In this document: positions 1 to 9,469 of the stretch, in pieces
How positions within the stretch are numbered: the first letter of the stretch is position 1
Layout of the letters: every line of letters starts with the position of its first letter
Notes under the pieces: generated by a model
Databases searched by the model: none
What the model was told of the DNA's origin: nothing
Seen by the model: only the letters and a program-made list of their open reading frames with translations
Assembly (NCBI RefSeq): GCF_006345805.1
Contig: NC_043026.1
Coordinates: forward strand, 14,239,579 to 14,303,578
Source of the DNA: Octopus sinensis
Lineage: Eukaryota
DNA: 64,000 nucleotides
Direction: 5' to 3'
Translations under genes and position numbers: made by a program

Positions 1-392
1 AACTACATTAAGGGTACACGTGTCTGTGGAGTGCTCAGCCACTTACACGTTAATTTCACGAGCAGGCTTCGATTCTCAGACCGTGTGTTGTGAGAGTTTA
101 TTGAGCGAAAACACCTAAAAGCTCCACGAGGCTCCGGCAGGGGATTGTGGTGATCCCTGTTGTACTCTTTCACCACAACTTTCTCTCACTCTTACTTCCT
201 GTTTCTGTTGTACCTGTATTTCAAAGGGGCCGGCCTTGTCACTCTCTGTGTCACGCTGAATATCCCCGAGAACTACGTTAAGGGTACACGTGTCTGTGGA
301 GTGCTCAGCCACTTACACGTTAATTTCACGGGCAGGCTGTTCCGTTGATTTGGATCAACCGGAACCCTCATCGTCGTAACCGACGGAGTGCT
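1..392 (+). mobile_element. SINE family 3 (tRNA-derived), 5'-truncated, with a partial tandem copy
   Basis: Body matches the reverse complement of the full copy at 42674-43058. Bases 1-60 repeat the segment at ~265-325. Ends in the ...cgtcgtaaccgacggagtgcttcc tail. Confidence 0.8.
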
Positions 393-509
393 TCCCTCCC
401 TCCTCCAATGGATACATGTCATAGCAATTAAATGCATTTCATTGTTTTTAATGAAATTATAAGTGAAATATTCTTATCTGTTTCAGGTTTGCTGCGAGTT
501 ACGAAAGAA

Positions 510-2441
510 ATGAACAGAAAGCTATTGTTTCCAATTCTGTCCACGTGCTCCATCATTTCCACGTATCTTGTATGGAATTTCAGTCTCAACAATGACAATT
601 TTAAACAATTAATCAAAACACACTTTACATACTTGGTTGATTCAGAAACGTGTCGGATTCCCAATATCGACCCATTCGACATTTCCGTACGTAAATATAT
701 CTCGATACGTAAATGGCGACCGTGTCCGGGAGGTTCTTCTTTGACGTACCAAGAGGATAATACGTTGAAAATTAATAAATCTGTTATCAAACAACACTAT
801 GAAAACAATTTTCATTCATGCAAAATATATCCAATTGTGCGGAATGATGTTGACGATGATCATATCGACTACCTGAAAGAGTCGTTACAGTTTAAAACAG
901 ACGTGAATATATCGCATGAATTTATAAAAGTTCAATGTTTTAATAGAGATAACAAAACAATTTACACGAATTTCCATGCCTTTGTCCAGAGGAAGGAATT
1001 ACTGCACAAAAATAGATCAAGGAATACACATGACAATGTCAATAGCTCTTCAAAAAACATTCATTTTACAAATTTTGTCGATAAAGAAAACAAGCTTTTG
1101 CTAAATGTTCTTTTAATAGGAATTGATTCAGTTTCGCGATTGAACTTCATACGACAAATGCCTCTAACTCGTCAGTTTTTATTAAACCATGGTGCTGTCG
1201 AAATGTTTGGTTATAATAAAGTGGCTGATAATACATTTCCTAATATGGTGCCGTTCCTTACTGGTAAATACGTAGAAGAACTACCTGGATCAGAGAATCT
1301 GAAATCGAAACCATTCGATGAATACGATATAATTTGGAAACACTATAAAAAATCTGGTTACGTTACTATGTTTGCAGAAGATTCAACATCGGGCGCAATG
1401 TTTAACTATTTGAGATACGGCTTTATGAAACAACCGACTGATCATTATTTCAGACCTTTTGCGCTAGAAAGAGAGAAACAAAGTTCCTTTTGGTCAAATA
1501 ATGGGTTTTGTTTTGGTAATCGGATGGAACCAGCTATTGAGTTACAGTATACATACGATTTTATGAAAGTCTATAAAGATAAGCCATATTTCATTTTAAC
1601 GTTCATTACACGCATTTCACATGATGACATGAATGACGCTGGGCGGGGAGATTTTGAATATCTGAGGTTCCTTGAGAAATCATTTAGTCAAGATCTACTA
1701 AACAATACTATTTTGCTTTTCTTTTCTGATCACGGAATTAGATTTGGTTCATTTCGTAAGACTTATGTTGGTCGACTGGAAGAACGGCTTCCTGCTATGT
1801 ATGTACTTCCGCCCGAATGGTTCAGAGATGGATTTCCTACTTTATGGAATAATCTTAAAGCAAACAGCTACCGATTGACGACACAATTCGACATATATGA
1901 AACCCTACAAGATATCTTAGAGATCGAAAAAGCAGCAGAACATTCTAAATCTAATGAGATCGACTATAGAAATCTAAAACGCATCAGCCTCTTCAAAAAG
2001 ATACCTTTAAATCGTTCGTGTGAAACAGCACGAATTAAACCACATTGGTGTACATGCCATGTCTTTACCTCAGTTACTGTTAATGACAACATTGTAATTA
2101 ACATAGCTAATTATGTCGTGTTTTATATAAACAATATGACATCAAATTCTAGTGAATTGTGTGTCAGGTTAAAATTACAGAAAATTAAAGGTGCTGAAAT
2201 TTCAGTGATGAATGACAAGGTACTGTCTTACCTTGGTCAAGGAGAACAGACTCATAAAGATTACCGAATTGTAATACAAACACATCCCGGGGAAGGTTTA
2301 TTTGAATGTTCAGTAAGATACTACTGTGGCAATAAGCAGTTATCATTGATGGGAGAGATTAGTCGAATAAACCGTTATGGAAATCAGTCAGATTGTATTC
2401 ATGACAACCTCTTGAGAAAATATTGCTACTGTAACAAATAG
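510..2441 (+). CDS. DUF229 family protein (alkaline phosphatase/sulfatase-like superfamily), type II membrane, ~643 aa, intronless coding region
   Basis: Uninterrupted ORF containing NVLLIGIDSVSRLNFIRQMP, GYNKVADNTFPNM, TRISHDD, FFSDHGIRFG, LEERLP and a Cys-rich C-terminus, the pattern I recognise for DUF229. Hydrophobic anchor LLFPILSTCSIISTYLVWNF follows Met at 510. A 3' splice site (ttcttatctgtttcag, AG at 485-486) lies just upstream, so the track ATG at 432 is probably intronic. Confidence 0.9.
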   Translation: MNRKLLFPILSTCSIISTYLVWNFSLNNDNFKQLIKTHFTYLVDSETCRIPNIDPFDISVRKYISIRKWRPCPGGSSLTYQEDNTLKINKSVIKQHYENNFHSCKIYPIVRNDVDDDHIDYLKESLQFKTDVNISHEFIKVQCFNRDNKTIYTNFHAFVQRKELLHKNRSRNTHDNVNSSSKNIHFTNFVDKENKLLLNVLLIGIDSVSRLNFIRQMPLTRQFLLNHGAVEMFGYNKVADNTFPNMVPFLTGKYVEELPGSENLKSKPFDEYDIIWKHYKKSGYVTMFAEDSTSGAMFNYLRYGFMKQPTDHYFRPFALEREKQSSFWSNNGFCFGNRMEPAIELQYTYDFMKVYKDKPYFILTFITRISHDDMNDAGRGDFEYLRFLEKSFSQDLLNNTILLFFSDHGIRFGSFRKTYVGRLEERLPAMYVLPPEWFRDGFPTLWNNLKANSYRLTTQFDIYETLQDILEIEKAAEHSKSNEIDYRNLKRISLFKKIPLNRSCETARIKPHWCTCHVFTSVTVNDNIVINIANYVVFYINNMTSNSSELCVRLKLQKIKGAEISVMNDKVLSYLGQGEQTHKDYRIVIQTHPGEGLFECSVRYYCGNKQLSLMGEISRINRYGNQSDCIHDNLLRKYCYCNK

Positions 2442-2451
2442 CATCCTCCTT

Positions 2452-3405
2452 GGGTCTTTTCGGTTTGAACGGCAGTTTTTTCTAGCGGTGTCATATGAAA
2501 TTGTCACCCATAATTATGACCCTAGTATCGATCTATTGCATTTCAATCTACTTTAGGGTTAGGGTTAGGGTTAGGGTTAGGGGTGGGAGAAAGGGTATCT
2601 TTTTTCCTTCACAAATGTAAATAAACCCAATCTGTTTTTTAAACGAGGGACATATTCATACGGCACAGAATGTTGTTTACATCAATGGACGTCATTGATT
2701 GGTTGAAATTTCAGAAATTGAAGAAAAAGAGAAAAAGATGTTTTATAAACACATTCTACCAGTATACGAAGTTTAAAATCTTTTAGTTACCTAGAAATTA
2801 TGTTAAAAACTGCCGTTCAAACCGGAAAGATCCATATCTTACAAACTCTAGAATTTTCTCAAGAAAGCCAAGAGAAAAAGATGTTTTATAAACACATTCT
2901 ACCAGTATACGAAGTTTAAAATCTTTTAGTTACCTAGAAATTATGTTAAAAACTGCCGTTCAAACCGAAAAGATCCATATCTTGCAAACTATAGAATTTT
3001 CTCAATAAAGCCAAGAGAAAAAGATGTTTTATAAACACATTCTACCAGTATACGAAGTTTAAAATTTTTTAGTTACCTAGAAATTATGTTAAAAACTGCC
3101 GTTCAAACCGAAAAGATCCATATCTTAGAAACTATAGAATTTTCTCAATAAAGCCAAGAGAAAAAGATGTTTTATAAACACATTCTACCAGTATACGAAG
3201 TTTAAAATTTTTTAGTTACCTAGAAATTATGTTAAAAACTGCCGTTCAAAGCGAAAAGATCCATATCTTACAAACTATAGAATTTTCTCAATAAAGCCAA
3301 GAGAAAAAGATGTTTTATAAACACATTCTACCAGTATACGAAGTTTAAAATCTTTTAGTTACCTAGAAATTATGTTAAAAACTGCCGTTCAAACCGAAAA
3401 GATCC
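2452..3405 (+). mobile_element. MITE (29-bp TIR GGATCTTTTCGGTTTGAACGGCAGTTTTT) with (TTAGGG)5 and five tandem copies of its 143-bp right end
   Basis: Left TIR at 2452 (gggtc variant). Right termini GATCC end at 2833, 2976, 3119, 3262 and 3405 (period 143). TTAGGG x5 at 2553-2582. Starts 10 bp after the DUF229 stop codon. Confidence 0.85.
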
Positions 3406-3626
3406 TACTTTAGTCATGTTTTTACAATATTTCACGATATCCAGTGAAGGTTTCAACATATTTTAATTCGAAACTGTTTACACTTTATTGGGAAACCTGC
3501 TGAATGTATTTTAAGTTGATGCAAGAAGTATATTGATATAATTGTTATCGCTTTTATTGTTCGTCCGTGGACACGTATTGCACATCGCTCCCGTAAGTTT
3601 GTTGCTATTCATATTGTTACACAAAG

Positions 3627-3663
<37 letters not shown>

Positions 3664-3665
<2 letters not shown>

Positions 3666-4058
3666 CGTAGGAGTGGCTGTGTGGTAAGTAGCTTGCTTAC
3701 CATCCACATGGTTCAGTCCCACTGCGTGGCACCTTGGGCAAGTGTCTTCTGCTATAGCCTCGGGCCGACCAAAGCCTTGTGAGTGGATTTGGTAGACGGA
3801 AACTGCAAGAAGCCCGTCGTGTATATATGTATATATATATGTGTGTATGTTTGTGTGTTGTGTTTGTCCTCCCCCCAATATCGCTTGACAACCGATGCTG
3901 GTGTGTTTACGTCCCCGTGACTTAGCGGTTCGGCAAAAGAGACCTATAGAATAAGTACTAGGCTTACAAAAGAATAAGCCCTGGGGCAATTTCCTCGACT
4001 AAAGGCGGTGTTCCAGCATGACCACTGTCAAATGACTGAAACAAGTAAATGAGTGAGT
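3664..4058 (+). mobile_element. SINE family 1, full length (tRNA-derived head, CORE-like cttgggcaagt centre, (TA)n/(TG)n linker, LINE-like tail)
   Basis: A-box-like gtggctgtgtggtaa and B-box-like ggttcagtccc; many near-identical copies across the window. Confidence 0.85.
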
Positions 4059-4069
4059 ATATATAACTT

Positions 4070-4400
4070 TTGTATCGCTAAGCAGGACTTTAGGAAGCTG
4101 GCTAGTTTTTTTTTCCATCTGTAGCCCTTAGAGGCTAATTTGGGTTTTGTTTTGTAAACACGCTGTCACACATTCATATCTATGTGTATACGTGTGTAGA
4201 ATACATCCCCTCTTTTGGCACTATTTTGTTAATAAACAGTACGAACTGTGTCTAAAGTATATATGTATTACTACGCTGAATGTTGACAGTTCGTGTAACG
4301 GGTAAAGTAAATAAACACGTAAACAATAACAATGGCTTCATAGAGTTGTCTATCAGCCCATCAAGAACGAAACAATGCATAACATGGTGGCGATAAATAA
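4070..4400 (+). mobile_element. Possible 5' LTR and primer-binding site of the adjacent gypsy fragment
   Basis: ...cataaca (ends 4384) is followed immediately by TGGTGGCG, ~125 bp upstream of gag, with AATAAA motifs in the preceding 150 bp. The LTR 5' boundary is uncertain and no second LTR is seen. Confidence 0.4.
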
Positions 4401-4508
4401 TTAATCGGAAACTGTGCCTTTACAACAAAACAGGAACACAACAAACCAGAAATTTAACAAACTGAATATCGCTTCGTCTTCGAACACACACACACACGAG
4501 GATCCAAA

Positions 4509-5280
4509 ATGGCGGTCCCCGTCGCCGTACAGATGAATTTACATCCAACCATGAACTGGGAAGCCGACGATATCGTGGAAGCGTTTAAGAAATTCAAACA
4601 GAAAACTCAACTGACTTTCAAAAGTTTCCTGAAAGGTACAACTGCCGACGAAAAGGTAAGCTACATCCTTTTATGGACGGGAGAGAAGGGCCTAGACTTA
4701 TTCAATAGCTGGGAAATGTCAGAATCGGATTGCAATAACTCAGACACACTTTTAGAGAAATTTGAAAGGCACCTAGAGCCTAGATCGAACCATAGAATTC
4801 ATAGATACGAATTCCAGGGCCTGAAACAAGACCTACAAAAAACGATTGGCAATTTCCTGTCCAGACTAAAGAATATTGCCGAAAAATGCAAATTCAAAGA
4901 CAAGGACGAAAGAATTGTTGATCAACTAATATGGGGGTGTGCTCATAAAGAAGTCCCTCATAGGTAAGGACGCTCTCTCGTTAATGGAAGCAGTAGATAC
5001 TGCAAGAGCATTCGGATCCACTACCAAACAAGTGGCCTCACGTACTTTACAAACAAGCGCACTAGGCAGCAGTGTAGATATTGTATCTAGACATAGGACG
5101 AAACATACCCGCAAACAAAGAACATGCCAGTACTGTGGTACGGAGCATGAGTACAATGACCGGAAGAAATGTCCTGCATTCGGTACACACTGCAAAGCAA
5201 GTGGCAAGGCCAACCACTGGGAAAAAATGATCATGTTGTTTCTGGCTGCCCAGTCCTCACTGAAAAAGAGTACCTCATAA
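4509..5280 (+). pseudogene. Ty3/gypsy (Mag-like) gag fragment, frameshifted and truncated
   Basis: Two overlapping ORFs join near 4955. They show a gag capsid-like region (FLSRLKNIAEKCKF..DERIVDQLIWG) and a degenerate double zinc knuckle (CQYCGTEH..CPAFGTHCKASGKANH). No pol follows. Confidence 0.8.
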
Positions 5281-5284
5281 GACA

Positions 5285-5820
5285 TGATAGACTAAGATAG
5301 TACATCCACTGGAATGCTTGTAAATGCTACAAAATTAAATCCCATGATAAGTGGTACAGGCACCATCCAGAGGATGAAGTAAATGGCGAGGGCGTCACCA
5401 TCCTTTGGAACTTCCCAATGCAAGCAGACAGAAAAATTGACTCCAGTTGACCAGACATTGTGATCAAGGACTACAACAGACGATCTTGTCTGTTAACAGG
5501 TATGTCATTCCCACAAGATGGAAATGTCTCAAGAAAAGAATATGAAAAGCTTTCTAACTATAAAGATTTGCAAATTGAAATTATAAAAATGCGGAAGCTT
5601 AGTACTATGATAATACCAGTAGTGATTGGTGCATTTGGAATGATAAAGAAGGGAGCTGAGAAGTGTATTAAGCAACTCCCTGGTAACTCTAATCTCGGTG
5701 CACTACAAAAGATATACTAGGGAAAGAACTATCCATCTAAAATGGAATAAGGGCCCTCTCTACTCTTGGCCTCCAGAGGGTGCCTGTTACTAAGGCAGTT
5801 GAAATATAGAAAAGAAACCA
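5285..5820 (+). pseudogene. 3' fragment of an R4/Dong-like non-LTR retrotransposon (restriction-like endonuclease domain) ending in (TAA)n
   Basis: Translates to KWYRHHPEDEVNGEGVTILWNFPMQADRKIDSS*PDIVIKD..KEYEKLSNYKDL..IPVVIGAFG..LQKI, which contains the PD..(D/E)xK RLE pattern with stops and deletions. A (TAA)n run follows at 5820-5876. Confidence 0.8.
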
Positions 5821-5822
5821 TA

Positions 5823-5874
<52 letters not shown>

Positions 5875-5891
5875 TTATCATGTACATTGTT

Positions 5892-6368
5892 TTGTCTTGG
5901 TATAAAAGATGGGCTACAGCAAATATTCTGCTCAATACCACAGATTTGCTTGTCAGTTGTTTGACCTTAACCAGTTGAGCATGTCCCTTAGTGGCTGACG
6001 ATATGTGCATCTCTGATCACGAGCAGAAGTAGTGGGGGAGCATCATAGCCATGTGTTGAGAAGGATTCTTTGGGGTTTGAATAATTCACCTCTGGAAACA
6101 TGGGTGTTTCGTTCAACATCCTTAAACAACCCTTATTCAGGGACCTTTTGAGCGGGATGGGTTACTCGATCTGAAGAAAATTCTAACTGGGCTCCACCTG
6201 CAAGGTCATGTGCTACTTATCTTGATATGAGATCACCATGTCGCGCACATATGGTTGTGATGCATGTGCCTGGTGTACCCTTATCAGACGGGTAGCCATG
6301 ATGGGTATACTGGGCTTCGTATATTTTACCCCAGTGTCACTTTGATGGCATGCTCTGCTCGCTCACTC

Positions 6369-6400
<32 letters not shown>

Positions 6401-6958
6401 TAATAATAATAATGATAATAATAATAATAATAATAATAGTAATAATAATAATAATGATAATGATGATGATGATGATGATAATTGTCTTGGTATAAAAGAT
6501 TGGCTACAGCAAATATTCTGCTCAATACCACAGATTTGCTTGTCAGTTGTTTGACCTTAACCAGTTGAGCATGTCCCTTGGTGGCTGACGATATGTGCAT
6601 CTCTGATTACGAGCAGAAGTAGTGGGGGAGCATCATAGCCATGTGTTGAGAGGGGTTCTTTGGAGTTTGAATAATTCACCTCTGGAAACATGGGTGGTTC
6701 TTTCAACATCCTTAAACAACCCTTATTCGGGGACCTTTTGAGTGGGATGGGTTACTCAACCTGAAGAAAATTCTAACTGGGCCCCACCTGCAAGGTCATG
6801 TGCTGTTTATCTTGATATGAGATCACCATGTCGCGCACATATGGTTGTGGTGCATGTGCCTGGTGTCCCCTTATCAGACGGGTAGTCATGATGGGTATAT
6901 TGGGCTTCGTATATTTTACCCCAGTGTCATTTTGATGGCATGAACTGCTCTCTCACTC
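5892..6958 (+). mobile_element. Two tandem copies (5892-6368, 6482-6958) of an unclassified 477-bp repeat, each ending in (AAT)n
   Basis: Highly similar direct copies with period 590, separated and followed by (TAA)n/(TGA)n. No credible ORF. Confidence 0.75.
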
Positions 6959-7019
6959 AATAATAATAATAATAATAATGATGATGATGATGATGATGAT
7001 AATCATAATAATAATAATG

Positions 7020-7072
<53 letters not shown>

Positions 7073-7073
<1 letters not shown>

Positions 7074-7265
7074 TAACAAAAACACCAGGACTTACAAACA
7101 CATATAACATACAGAAAATTGCACTACTAGGCACTGCACACATCCTACGCAGAACACTTTCCATACAATAACCATCAGAGCATCACAACAAATCACAGCA
7201 CATACCCAAGGCACACAGAACTGCGCTCGGTAGTGAAGTGAAAGCACGCTATAAAAATAAAACTA

Positions 7266-7299
<34 letters not shown>

Positions 7300-7508
7300 T
7301 AATAATAATAATAATATAACAAAAACACCAGGACTTACAAACACATATAACATACAGAAAATTGCACTACTAGGCACTGCACACATCCTACGCAGAACAC
7401 TTTCCATACAATAACCATCAGAGCATCACAACAAATCACAGCACATACCCAAGGCACACAGAACTGCGCTCGGTAGTGAAGTGAAAGCACGCTATAAAAA
7501 TAAAACTA

Positions 7509-7511
<3 letters not shown>
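7073..7511 (+). mobile_element. Two apparently identical 196-bp 3' ends (7073-7268, 7316-7511) of an R4/Dong-like LINE embedded in (TAA)n
   Basis: 7073-7171 translates to ITKTPGLTNTYNIQKIALLGTAHILRRTLSIQ*, the typical RLE-LINE C-terminus (compare LQKTALLGTA at ~42570-42600). Both copies are flanked on both sides by TAA repeats. Confidence 0.8.
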
Positions 7512-7578
<67 letters not shown>

Positions 7579-7710
7579 CTCACATTTATTTAGACATGAA
7601 AATTTCGTTAAAATGCCAAAAGTTTGGTCGAGTTAGAATACCTCATGTTTTCATCCCAATAATAATAAGAGCCGTTAGACCATGTTTATTTAAACCAATT
7701 ATTATCAGTT

Positions 7711-8702
7711 CTATTGTATTTCTTGTGAAATCACTTTATAAACTTGCTGCATAAGATCGATTGTTTTGAATTTGTCATCCTCTATATCACATACTGCAAC
7801 AATGGCCGGAGACTTTGAATATATTTGAGGTTGATAATGTTCCAAAACTTTGTAGAGCTTAAATTGTTTTTGATGAAACAGTACTCTAAGATTTAGCTTT
7901 TCTGTTAGTATACCAATCCAGACATCAGTCGGCATAAAATGAGTATTCTTCAAGGCTGACAGATAAAGTTTGTTGAATACTTTGATGTGTGCAACATAAG
8001 CGAAGCCGTGGCAATACCGGGGATAGAATTTTCCTTGATATAATTTTTGGGGTTCTAACATACGAAACCGCTCCATATCAAGATGGTGGGCTCGTGCCAG
8101 ACCAACAGGATAACAAAGCGCAAAGTGGTCTTCACGAGCGCCTTTAGAGAAATCCGTGCCAAGCCACGAGACAAGTCTGCCGTGATCTACCAACGACTCA
8201 TCATTCAACATCGCAACATATTCGGCATTGGCACAGAACTCCCGAACCCATTTCCACGCCATAATTGCTTTAATAGAGACATTCATGTATGATTCCTTGA
8301 AATCTTCCTGGAGGATATCATGATATATTTCGCTCTCCTTTTGAATGAGGGATTCGATTGTAGAATTACCTGTCTTGGCGAAAAGAAAAACGTGTTTAAT
8401 AACGACTCCTCTCGCACAAGAGTCGCTTGGAATATTTTCAAAAGATTTTCTTAATATTTCCCGCCGATCAAAATGGCTGTACATAGTGATAATAGCGTAG
8501 ATAATAAATATTCTGCCATGTTGTGAACAGAGATTGGGTTCATTAATAAGCCTTTTGAAATTATGTTCATATGGTATAGGATCATCGTAATACATTTTGG
8601 GGATGAATGACCCTTTTGGTCGTTTTCTGAGAAAGATTGATGTACTTTTTAATGCTTTTGCTCTTTCAGAAAAATATTTCCAATTTGCGTAAGAAGTGAG
8701 AC
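7711..8702 (-). CDS. GT31 (beta-1,3-galactosyltransferase-like) gene, last coding exon (catalytic domain)
   Basis: Motifs HFDRREILRKSF, HVFLF, ESEIYHDILQEDFKESYMN, WKWVREFC, YPRYCHGFAYV and TDVWIG. The frame stays open upstream of the track ATG (8595) to an acceptor ttattttcttccacag| at 8703 (phase 1). Stop TAG at 7713-7711. Confidence 0.85.
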
Positions 8703-8805
8703 CTGTGGAAGAAAATAATGGTAATTATAAATTACAAATAGAAAATTTCTCAGAATTTCTATATTTTACGGAATCTTGTTGATTTATTCTGACTTTTATA
8801 TTTTA

Positions 8806-9055
8806 GTCTTTACTCTTTACTCTTTTTTTTTCAGTCATTTGACTGCGGCCACGCTGGAGCACCACCTTTAGTCGAGCAGATCGACCCCCCAGGACTTATT
8901 CTTTGTAAGCCTAGTAATTATTACATCGGTCCATTTTTGCCGAACCGCTAAGTAACGGGGACGTAAACACACCAGCATCGGTTGTCAAGCGATGTTGGGG
9001 GGGGGACAAACACAGACACACAAACACATACACACACACATATATATACATATAC

Positions 9056-9097
<42 letters not shown>

Positions 9098-9250
9098 GAC
9101 GGGCTTCTTTCAGTTTCCGTCAACCAAATCCACTCACAAGGCTTTGGTCGGCCCGAAGCTAAAATGGAACACACTTGCCCAAGGTGCCACGCAGTGGGAC
9201 TGAACCCGGAACCATGTGGTTGGTAACCAAGCTACTTACCACACAGCCAC
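8806..9250 (-). mobile_element. SINE family 1, full length
   Basis: Reverse complement of the 3664-4058 element. Confidence 0.85.
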
Positions 9251-9469
9251 AACTGCTACAAGGAGGAATACGTTAAAATTTGCTTTTGTTATGCAAATTC
9301 TTCATCTGTCACGTGTTTTATAAAGGAGATAATCACTCAAAAGGTGTCATCCAAGAGTGGCGCTCCTTAATTTCTTCTTTTCTTTAGTAGACTTTATTGG
9401 GAATTTCCGTGAAGTTTCATGTTTTCATCCAAAACGGAGACAGAGCCCATTCTGCCATATAATAGGCTT

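Noticed and set aside
432-509. N-terminal 26 aa of the 669-aa ORF
   Set aside because: A good 3' splice site at 486 and a signal anchor directly after Met 510 suggest this part is intron/UTR.
2553-2582. True telomere or chromosome fusion scar
   Set aside because: Only five units, embedded at a fixed position in a dispersed MITE.
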